A stretch of 32,000 nucleotides of DNA, taken from positions 960,001 to 992,000 of the forward strand of contig NC_017080.1 of assembly GCF_000284115.1 (NCBI RefSeq). Reading direction: 5' to 3'. This stretch comes from Phycisphaera mikurensis NBRC 102666. Lineage in GTDB: Bacteria > Planctomycetota > Phycisphaerae > Phycisphaerales > Phycisphaeraceae. How positions within the stretch are numbered: position 1 is the stretch's first letter; each line of letters opens with the position of its first letter. Below, piece by piece: positions 22,074 through 32,000 of the stretch. The notes under the pieces were generated by a model. The model searched no databases. It was not told the DNA's origin and was given only the letters and a program-made list of their open reading frames with translations. The translations under genes were made by a program, and so were the position numbers.

Positions 22074-24200
22074 ATGAACAACGACCGGGAGCGTGTGCTG
22101 GCGGCGACGGATCTCGTCGCGCTGATCGGCGAGTTCGTGGCGTTGCGGCCGCAGGGCCGCGAGTTCGTCGGGCTGTGCCCCTTCCACGACGACAAGAAAC
22201 CCTCGATGGGGGTCTCGCCCGCGAAGCAGATCTTCAAGTGCTTCCCTTGCGGGGCCGGGGGCACCGCCTTCGACTTCGTGATGCGGTACCACAAGCTCGA
22301 GTTCGTGGAGGCGCTGGAGTTCCTCGCCCAGCGCAGCGGCGTCGAGCTGACGCCCTGGAAGCCGCGGACCGCCGGCTCTTTGGGCTCCAGGAGCCCGCGG
22401 TCCGCGGATTCGGCTCCCGAGGAGGAGGCGGCGCCGAGGGAGTCGCCGCGGCGTCGGCTGACCAGAGCCTGCGGGCAGGCCCAGGCCTTCTTCCAGGCGA
22501 TGCTGAAGCACGAGGTGCACGGGGCGGCGGCCCGGGCGGTCCTCCAAGCCCGCGGGATCTCGGCGGAGTCCGTCGAGCGGTTCGGCCTCGGCGCCGCACC
22601 GGACCGCTGGGACGGGCTGGAGCGGATGGTCGCCAGCAAGGCTTGGGACGCCGAGGCGTTCGCCGCCGCCGGCCTCGTCCGCGCCCGCGACAAGAGCAGA
22701 CGCGACGCCGTCGACCTCTCCGCGGGAGCCCCCGCCGCCGCCGCCGTCGCCGACGGTGGCAGCTTCGACATGCTCCGGCACCGGCTGGTCTTCCCGATCG
22801 CGGACGCGCTCGGCCGGCCGGTCGCTTTCGGCGGCCGGAAGATCCGCGAGGAGGACGACCCGAAGTACCTCAACACGCCCGAGAGCGACGTCTTCCACAA
22901 GCAGCGGACGCTGTACGGCCTGCACCTGGCGAAGCAGAAGATCCTCGAGACCCGCACGGCGGTGCTGGTCGAGGGGTACACCGACGTGGTCGCCTGCCAC
23001 CAGGCCGGGGCGACCAACGTCGTCGCCGCGCTGGGGACCGCGTTGACGCCCGGCCACGCCGGCGTGCTCCGCCGCTTCTGCGACCGGGTCGTGCTCGTGA
23101 TGGACGGCGACGCGGCGGGGCAGTCCGCGGCCGACCGGGCGATCGAGACCTTCCTGACCGCCGACCTCGACGTCGCGCTCGCCGCGCTGCCCGACGGCCT
23201 TGATCCCGACGAGCTGCTCAAGGAGCGCGGCCTGGACGCTTGGAATCGGGCCGTCGGCTCGGCGCAGGACGCGCTGGCCTGGCAGCTGGACAAGCTCGCA
23301 GCGACGCTCGGCGGCGACGCGACGGTGACCGGACGGCAGAAACTCGCCGAGGCGTTCCTCCAGCGGATGGCCGACGCCGGGCTCGCGAAGGCGTCGCCGC
23401 TGCGCCGGGCGTTCCTGCACGAGCGGCTTGGGGAGCTGCTGCACGTGCCCGGCGACGCGATCGGCGGGATGATCGACCGGCTCCCCGCCCGGGCCGCCGC
23501 CTACGAGCCGGCGCCCGAGCCCGATCCCGGCGAGTACGCGATGTACGTGCAGGGCAGCGAGGACCGGGAGGACGAGCCGCCGATGCCGCCGGAGGGCTGG
23601 GAGGAGGCGGGCGCGGCCACCGAGCAGGCCGCGACGCCTGCGCCGGTGAGCCCGGTTCGGGCGCCTACGCTCCGGGCGGTCCGGGCGGCGGAGCTCGGGG
23701 TGCTGGCCGCGCTCGCCAGCCGAACGGCGCTCTTCGACGCGACGCTGCCGGGGGGGACCCCGGTCGACGAGGCCCTGACCCCGGCGGACTTCGTGACGCC
23801 GGGCCACCGCCGGGTGTTCCAGGTGCTCTTCGATCGGCTCTGCCGCGGGGAGCGGCCCAGCCTGGCGGGTCTGGTGGCGGGGATCGACGACCCGCAGGAC
23901 CGCGGGCTGCTGCTGGAAGCCGAGGCCGCGGAGGGGATCGGCGACGCGGACGACGCCTCCGCCCTCGCCGTCCTGGAGCAGTCCGCCACCGCCCTCATCG
24001 CCCACCGCCGCCGCGCCGCCCGCCGCCTCGACACCGCCCGCGTCCTCGCCGAGCTGCGGGACGACCCGCCCGCCGACCCCGCCGATCCCGCCACCGCCCA
24101 AGCCGACGCCGCTCGGCTCGACCGCCTCGAGAAGCTCCGCCTGCTGATGGCCGAAGGCCAAGCCCCCACCCGCATCACCCGCCTCCGCCCCTCGCGCTAA
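22074..24200 (+). CDS. dnaG: DNA primase
   Basis: CHC2 zinc finger [37 protein letters not shown] domain [16 protein letters not shown]...[18 protein letters not shown]. Confidence 0.96.
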   Translation: MNNDRERVLAATDLVALIGEFVALRPQGREFVGLCPFHDDKKPSMGVSPAKQIFKCFPCGAGGTAFDFVMRYHKLEFVEALEFLAQRSGVELTPWKPRTAGSLGSRSPRSADSAPEEEAAPRESPRRRLTRACGQAQAFFQAMLKHEVHGAAARAVLQARGISAESVERFGLGAAPDRWDGLERMVASKAWDAEAFAAAGLVRARDKSRRDAVDLSAGAPAAAAVADGGSFDMLRHRLVFPIADALGRPVAFGGRKIREEDDPKYLNTPESDVFHKQRTLYGLHLAKQKILETRTAVLVEGYTDVVACHQAGATNVVAALGTALTPGHAGVLRRFCDRVVLVMDGDAAGQSAADRAIETFLTADLDVALAALPDGLDPDELLKERGLDAWNRAVGSAQDALAWQLDKLAATLGGDATVTGRQKLAEAFLQRMADAGLAKASPLRRAFLHERLGELLHVPGDAIGGMIDRLPARAAAYEPAPEPDPGEYAMYVQGSEDREDEPPMPPEGWEEAGAATEQAATPAPVSPVRAPTLRAVRAAELGVLAALASRTALFDATLPGGTPVDEALTPADFVTPGHRRVFQVLFDRLCRGERPSLAGLVAGIDDPQDRGLLLEAEAAEGIGDADDASALAVLEQSATALIAHRRRAARRLDTARVLAELRDDPPADPADPATAQADAARLDRLEKLRLLMAEGQAPTRITRLRPSR
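22362..22407. repeat. Palindromic element, copy 4, embedded in-frame in dnaG
   Basis: CCGCGGACCGC (22362-22372), N24, GCGGTCCGCGG (22397-22407), with centres 33 bp apart. It encodes ...[17 protein letters not shown]... in the linker after the zinc-finger domain. Confidence 0.8.
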
Positions 24201-24348
24201 GCCCGTCCGGCCCCGCTGGACCCCGGCCGCCGATCCCCGGGGACGCAGCCGCGGGCGACCCCCGCTTTCCCGGGGCCGATCCGCCCGGAGCGGCCGGCGC
24301 CGCCGCGAACCGGACCCCGACCCCGAACCCGCACGCTTCGAGAAAACC

Positions 24349-26268
<1,920 letters not shown>

Positions 26269-26351
26269 GGTGCGCCGGCGCCCGGCCGGGCAGGCCACGG
26301 GGTTTCCCGGGGGCTCCTGAAGCGGCGGGTCGATCCGGCCGATGCGGCAGC

Positions 26352-27020
26352 ATGGCGCTGTGGAACGCGATCCCGCGGTTGAACCGGCTCGGTGCGGTCT
26401 CCAAGGCGGCGGAGGCGTCGATGCCGCGGCGGGTGCCACGTCATCCCGCCAAGAGCGGGCTGAAGACTTCGCTGGGCCGGGCGGTCGATCTGTCCGCGGG
26501 CGGGGCACGCATTCGCTGCGAGGACCGGCCGGAGGTCCTGCGGGACGCCGCGCTGCAGCTGGAGCTCTACCTGGTGACCGGCTCGGAGGTCGTCAACGCC
26601 CGGGTCTGCTGGATCCGGCGGTGCGGCTTCGTGAAGGGGCATTGGGAGGTGGGTTTGAAGTTCATCGCCGTGCCCCCGGGCCAGCAGAAGCGGCTGGCCC
26701 ACGTGGCGGAGAAGGGCTTCCTCCCGCCGCCGGCGGAGGCCGCTTCCGCGGAGCCCCGAGGGCCGCAGGCCGCGCAAGCGGCGGGCGTCGACCCGGTGAT
26801 GGCGGCGCTGCGGGAGGACTTCGAGGAGCTGGGTCTGGCCCCCGACGCCTCGGCCGAGGACGTCCGCGGGGCGCACCGCCGGCTCGTCCGCGTGTGTCAC
26901 CCCGACGTCGCGCCCGGAACGGACGCGAAGGACCACTTCCTCCGCCTCCAAGCCTCCTACCAGCGGATCACCGACGCGATGCGGGAGCGGGACGAGCACC
27001 GCGCGGCGACCGCCGCCTGA
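26352..27020 (+). CDS. PilZ domain / J-domain (DnaJ-like) fusion protein
   Basis: N-terminal PilZ signatures RRVPR (RxxxR) and DLSAGGARI (DxSxxG). The C-terminal J-domain is FEELGLAPDASAEDVRGAHRRLVRVCHPDVAPG...FLRLQASYQRITD, with an intact HPD tripeptide. Confidence 0.8.
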   Translation: MALWNAIPRLNRLGAVSKAAEASMPRRVPRHPAKSGLKTSLGRAVDLSAGGARIRCEDRPEVLRDAALQLELYLVTGSEVVNARVCWIRRCGFVKGHWEVGLKFIAVPPGQQKRLAHVAEKGFLPPPAEAASAEPRGPQAAQAAGVDPVMAALREDFEELGLAPDASAEDVRGAHRRLVRVCHPDVAPGTDAKDHFLRLQASYQRITDAMRERDEHRAATAA

Positions 27021-27032
27021 AGGCCGGGCCGG

Positions 27033-27761
27033 GTGCTCCGGCGCGGCGGTAGGCTCGCGCCCGTGCAGGACCTGATCGTCACCCTCGACGGCCCCGCGGG
27101 GTCGGGCAAATCCACCGTGGCCCGCGTGCTCGCCCAGCGGTTGGGGCTGGAGTTCCTCGACACCGGGGCCATGTACCGCGGCATCACCGCGATGGCGATC
27201 GCCCGCGGCGTGGACGTCCACACCGAGACGCACCTCGTGAACGAGCTGGTGCGGCACTGCGAGATCGGCTTCGATTGGGCGACCGATCCGCCCCGCCTGC
27301 ACGTCCGGGGCCAGGACCTCACCGGCCGGCTGCGCGACGACGACGTCACCGGCGGCGTCTCCGCGGTCGCGCGGCTGCCCGCCGTGCGGGAGGTGATGGT
27401 GCGGGAGCAGCAACGCATCGGCCGCGAGCACCCGCGGCTGGTCACCGAGGGACGGGACCAGGGCTCGGTCGTCTTCCCGGGAGCCGCCGCGAAGTTCTTC
27501 CTGGAGGCCAGCCCCGCGGTCCGGGCGCAGCGCCGGGCCGACCAGATGCGGGCGGCCGGCCGGCGGGTCGACGTGGAGCGGATCCGCGAGCAGATCACGG
27601 CCCGCGACGCCGCCGACGCGTCGCGCAGCGTCGCCCCGCTGATCTGCCCGGAGGACGCGGAGCGCATCGACACGAGCGAGATGCAGCTCGACGAGGTGCT
27701 CGACCTGCTCACGGCGCGCGTCCGGGCGTTGCCCGGCGGTGGTCCCCGCGCCACCTCCTGA
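27033..27761 (+). CDS. cmk: Cytidylate kinase
   Basis: IVTLDGPAGSGKSTVARVLAQRLGLEFLDTGAMYR..., ...GRDQGSVVFP..., ...KFFLEASPAVRAQRR... The start is GTG 27033 or GTG 27063. Confidence 0.9.
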   Translation: MLRRGGRLAPVQDLIVTLDGPAGSGKSTVARVLAQRLGLEFLDTGAMYRGITAMAIARGVDVHTETHLVNELVRHCEIGFDWATDPPRLHVRGQDLTGRLRDDDVTGGVSAVARLPAVREVMVREQQRIGREHPRLVTEGRDQGSVVFPGAAAKFFLEASPAVRAQRRADQMRAAGRRVDVERIREQITARDAADASRSVAPLICPEDAERIDTSEMQLDEVLDLLTARVRALPGGGPRATS

Positions 27762-27790
27762 ACGGCGGCCGGGGATCGTCGGCGGGCCCC

Positions 27791-28621
27791 TCAGCTCGCC
27801 GAGACGAAGCGCCCGCAGATGCGGTCCAGATAATCGTCCTGGTCCTCCGCCCAGTGCTCGGTCGAGAAGATCTCGACTTCGCCGAGCCCGGCGAACCCGG
27901 CCCGCTCCACCATCTTGCGGATGCCCGCGACGTCGATGCAGCCGTCGCCCATCAGGGCCCGGTCCAGCAGCAGGTCCCGCGTCGGCACCCGCCAATCGCA
28001 GACGTGGAAACCGAAGAGCCGGCTCTCCTCACCCAGCGCGGCGATCTGGGCCTCCAGGTCCGGATCCCACCACACGTGGTAGACGTCGACGGCGACGCCG
28101 ACGATCGGGTGATCGACCTCGTCGCAGACGGCGCGGGCGGAGGCGATGGTGTTGATGCAGCTCTTGTCGGCCGCGTACATCGGGTGCAGCGGCTCGATCG
28201 CGAGCTTCACGCCCACGGCCTCCGCGTGCTCGACGCAGGCGGCGATGCCCTCGGCCACCTGCACGCGGGCGGCGTTCAGCGGCACGCTCGGCACCGCGCC
28301 GACGACGAGCACGACCTGCTCCGCCCCGAGCGCCGCCGCCTCGTCGAGCATCGACTTGTTGTGGTCGACCGCGACCCGCCGCTCGCCCGCGTCCGCCGCC
28401 GGGAAGAACCCGCCCCGGACGTAGGCCGGCACCGCCAGGCCCGAGCTCTTCACGATCTTCACCGCCTCCTCCAGCCCCACCCCGCCCTCGTCCGGCGCGA
28501 CTTTGTCGCGCCAGATCGACACCCCCGCGACACCGGCCGCCGCCAGCTTCGAGCAGGTCGTCGCCAGGTCCCACGGCTTCAGCGTGGCGGTGTGGACGGC
28601 ACAGGAGGAGAGCTCAGGCAT
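27791..28621 (-). CDS. Sugar phosphate isomerase/epimerase (xylose isomerase-like TIM barrel)
   Basis: ...AVEHAEAVGVKLAIEPLHP..., ...VGVAVDVYHVWWDP..., ...FHVCDW... is typical of the AP endonuclease 2 / xylose isomerase-like TIM family. ATG at 28621 lies within track ORF 27791..28795. Confidence 0.85.
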   Translation of the reverse strand: MPELSSCAVHTATLKPWDLATTCSKLAAAGVAGVSIWRDKVAPDEGGVGLEEAVKIVKSSGLAVPAYVRGGFFPAADAGERRVAVDHNKSMLDEAAALGAEQVVLVVGAVPSVPLNAARVQVAEGIAACVEHAEAVGVKLAIEPLHPMYAADKSCINTIASARAVCDEVDHPIVGVAVDVYHVWWDPDLEAQIAALGEESRLFGFHVCDWRVPTRDLLLDRALMGDGCIDVAGIRKMVERAGFAGLGEVEIFSTEHWAEDQDDYLDRICGRFVSAS

Positions 28622-28723
28622 GGCGGGATCGCGTGAGGCGGGGCGGCAAACGGCGCCGGGGCCCGGAGGGCTCCGGCGGTGGTGCGTCGAAGCTCGACGG
28701 ACCCACCGAGGAAGGCTCCGGCC

Positions 28724-28769
28724 CCGCGGACCGCGGCGGGACGCGGAGGAAAACGGCGGCGGTCCGCGG
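28724..28769. repeat. Palindromic element, copy 3
   Basis: CCGCGGACCGC (28724-28734), N24, GCGGTCCGCGG (28759-28769), with centres A28730 and T28763 33 bp apart. It lies in the intergenic gap 45 nt beyond the Gfo/Idh/MocA stop codon on the minus strand. Confidence 0.85.
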
Positions 28770-28814
28770 TTCGACGCTGCCGCCTCCGGCGGCATGGCAG
28801 GTCGCCGACCTGCT

Positions 28815-30008
<1,194 letters not shown>

Positions 30009-30106
30009 GGCAAGCAGCCTAAAGCGCGTCGGGGGTGCGGCGATGGCGGCGGGGGACGGGGCGTGTTTGCGGATGTGGACGGGGGGGCAGCGGCCTGCGG
30101 CCGCTC

Positions 30107-30225
30107 AAGCGGGGAAGCGAAGAAGCGAGGAGGTCAGCACCGCACGCTGCGCGTCAAGGGGCGGGCGACGCAGCCGCCGCTTCTGCCTGACTTCTTCGCT
30201 TCCCCGCTTCTTCGCTTCTTCGCTT
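30107..30225. promoter_or_regulatory. 19-bp inverted repeat plus reiterated AAGCGAAG/CTTCGCTT octamers, upstream of the oxidoreductase gene
   Basis: AAGCGGGGAAGCGAAGAAG (30107-30125) pairs perfectly with CTTCTTCGCTTCCCCGCTT (30191-30209). CTTCTTCGCTT recurs at 30207 and CTTCGCTT at 30218. The region lies between the AraC stop (30232) and the Gfo/Idh/MocA start (30008). Confidence 0.5.
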
Positions 30226-30231
30226 GCCTTC

Positions 30232-31140
30232 TCACAGCGACCCCGGATCCTCCCGGAACCGCTTCGGTGGCATCCCCGCGCTCTCGCTGAACCACCGCGT
30301 GAACGCGGCTGGCCCGCTGAAGCCGAGTTTGTCGCCGACCTCGAAGACGCGGAGGGCGGGGTCGCGGAGGAGGTCTCTGGCGGCGGCGAGGCGGCGGGCG
30401 TCGGCGTAGGCGTGAGGGGTGCAGCCGATCCGCTCGGCGAAGCGGCGGGAGAAGTGGCGGGTGCTCAGGTGGCACGCGTTCGCGAGCTCGCTCAGCGAGG
30501 GGGGCGGGGCCATCGGCAGCGGGGGGGCGTGGAGCAGGCGGAGAGCGGGCGTCAGCCTCGGGTCCAGCGCCTCGAGGTTCGCCTCGCCGCGGTCGCGGGG
30601 GGCGGCGGCGTGGGGAGCGCCGAGGCGGGGCCACAGCGCGAGGATCTCGGCGAGGAGGGCGACCTCCTCGGCGGCGTCGGGCGGGGCGCCGCCGCCGCGG
30701 GTGAGGCGGCGGAACGGCGTGAGCAGGTCGCGGGCCGCGTCGATCCGCGGAGCGCACGGCCGCAGGTGGCCGCCGTCGAACAGCGGCCAACCGGCGGTGT
30801 CGTCGATCCGCAGCTTCACGTGGTGGACCGCCGCGGCGCCGGGCGTCGGATGCAGGTCGTAGCCGTGCGTCTCGCCGGGTCGGCTGAGCAGAGCGGTCAG
30901 CCCGGCGATCCCGCGCCAGGCCCCGCCGGTGTGGCACCTGCCGGCGCAGCCGTCGATCAGGTCGAGCTGCAGCAGGTCAGCGTGGGCGTGCGGGGCGATG
31001 GTGAAGCGGGCGGTGGGGTTGTGCTGGTAGGCGGTGTCCACGCGGCCGCGGCCCTCGGCCAGCCGGGCCACCGCCGCGAGCACCGCGGACACGGCCGGGT
31101 CGTCTCGCTTCGAGATGTCGGGTTCGGCGTCCGGAGCCAT
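30232..31140 (-). CDS. AraC-family transcriptional regulator
   Basis: C-terminal double HTH LSELANACHLSTRHFSRRFAERIGCTPHAYADARRLAAARDLL...VFEVGDKLGFSGPAAFTRWFSESAGMPPKRFR. ATG at 31140 lies within track ORF 30232..31248. Confidence 0.87.
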   Translation of the reverse strand: MAPDAEPDISKRDDPAVSAVLAAVARLAEGRGRVDTAYQHNPTARFTIAPHAHADLLQLDLIDGCAGRCHTGGAWRGIAGLTALLSRPGETHGYDLHPTPGAAAVHHVKLRIDDTAGWPLFDGGHLRPCAPRIDAARDLLTPFRRLTRGGGAPPDAAEEVALLAEILALWPRLGAPHAAAPRDRGEANLEALDPRLTPALRLLHAPPLPMAPPPSLSELANACHLSTRHFSRRFAERIGCTPHAYADARRLAAARDLLRDPALRVFEVGDKLGFSGPAAFTRWFSESAGMPPKRFREDPGSL

Positions 31141-31347
31141 GTCGCAGCGGGTGAAAGAAGCGGGTGCCACGCCGCTTGCGGGGTGCGGTCGCCGCAGGCG
31201 ACGCGGTGGGGCGGGACGCTGCTCCCCCGCCGGCCTCCGGCCGCACACCCCGCGAGCGGCGTGGCACCCGGAAGGTTACCGGATCCGGACGCCGATCCGC
31301 CGTGCCGCGCGGTGGACCCGCCGCCGCGTCCGTGTCATCCTCCGTCC

Positions 31348-32000
31348 ATGATCGACGCCGACCAGAGCCTGCAGCCCGCCGACCTCCTCGACGCGCTCAC
31401 GCGGCACTGGGAGGCCTCCGCCACCGCGATCCGGAAGATCGACGACTCCTGCCCGCCCGGCTCGGCCTCGCCGGTCTTCACCGTCGGGGGCGCGTACCGG
31501 GCCCAGGGCTGGACCGAGTGGACGCAGGGCTTCCAGCACGGCGCCGCCTTCCTGCAGTTCGACGCGACCGGCGAAGCCTCCTTCCTGGAGCTCGGCCGCA
31601 AGCGGACCCTGGAGGTGATGGCCCCGCACCTCACGCACACCGGGGTGCACGACCACGGCTTCAACAACGTGAGCACCTACGGAAACCTCTGGCGGCTGGG
31701 CAACGAGGGGAAGATCGACCTCCCGGAGCACGAGCGCAACTACGCCGAGCTGGCGCTGAAGGTGACCGGCGCCGTGCAGGCCAGCCGATGGAAGCAGACC
31801 GCCGACGGCACCGGCTACGTCTACAGCTTCAACGGCCCGCAGTCGCTGTTCATCGACACGATCCGCACGATGCGGGCGCTGTCGCTCGCGCACCTGCTCG
31901 GCCACAGGCTCAGCCACGAGGGCGACGCCGTGGCGAACCTGCTCGACCGCTCGATCGAGCACGCGATCAACACCGCCCGGCACGTCATCTGGTACGGCGG
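31348..32000 (+). CDS. Partial CDS (5' part): probable six-hairpin glycosidase, GH88/GH105-like unsaturated glycuronyl hydrolase
   Basis: My own translation, since this ORF is not in the track: MIDADQSLQPADLL...YRAQGWTEWTQGFQHGAAFLQFDATGEASFLELGRK...THTGVHDHGFNNVSTYGNLWRL... It parallels the GH88 pattern W..GFW.G......TG......., HD.GF. The ORF runs off the right edge of the window. Confidence 0.55.
   Translation, partial: MIDADQSLQPADLLDALTRHWEASATAIRKIDDSCPPGSASPVFTVGGAYRAQGWTEWTQGFQHGAAFLQFDATGEASFLELGRKRTLEVMAPHLTHTGVHDHGFNNVSTYGNLWRLGNEGKIDLPEHERNYAELALKVTGAVQASRWKQTADGTGYVYSFNGPQSLFIDTIRTMRALSLAHLLGHRLSHEGDAVANLLDRSIEHAINTARHVIWYG

Overview
This is very GC-rich bacterial chromosomal DNA, roughly 70% GC or more by eye. 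The six-frame track is dominated by long Arg/Pro/Gly-rich shadow ORFs. My calls therefore rest on recognisable protein families, G/C bias at third codon positions, and hand-folded RNA genes. Start codons are less certain than stop codons.

Gene content from left to right:
- gltA, a Dabb-family protein, and a small hypothetical ORF translationally coupled to a GGDEF diguanylate cyclase.
- An orphan csrA on the minus strand.
- The conserved string tRNA-Thr, tuf, rpmG, tRNA-Trp, secE, nusG.
- A block of about 10.6 kb that interrupts the normally contiguous nusG-rplK junction. It holds an FAD disulfide oxidoreductase, a hypothetical protein, a MamK-like actin, M20 and M29 peptidases, a small acidic protein, a PEP-CTERM trypsin-like protease, tpx and a Sua5/TsaC protein.
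- rplK-rplA-rplJ-rplL, then rpmB-dnaG-rpoD instead of rpoBC.
- A PilZ/J-domain fusion protein and cmk.
- A sugar-utilisation locus: a TIM-barrel isomerase, a Gfo/Idh/MocA oxidoreductase, an AraC regulator and a partial GH88-like hydrolase.

The PEP-CTERM signal, the EF-Tu sequence flavour and the GC content suggest a PVC/Planctomycetota (Phycisphaerae-like) organism. That is inference only.

Most notable observations:
1. A family of 46-nt palindromic elements (CCGCGGACCGC-N24-GCGGTCCGCGG) that I do not recognise. It has identical geometry at four strong sites, one of them in-frame inside dnaG.
2. A MamK-like actin gene preceded by six helically phased GACGCG iterons, reminiscent of type II partition centromeres.
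3. A PilZ/J-domain fusion.
4. Twin 30-bp hairpin repeats bracketing a perfect TGnTATAAT upstream of gltA.

No CRISPR array, rRNA, transposase or integrase was seen.
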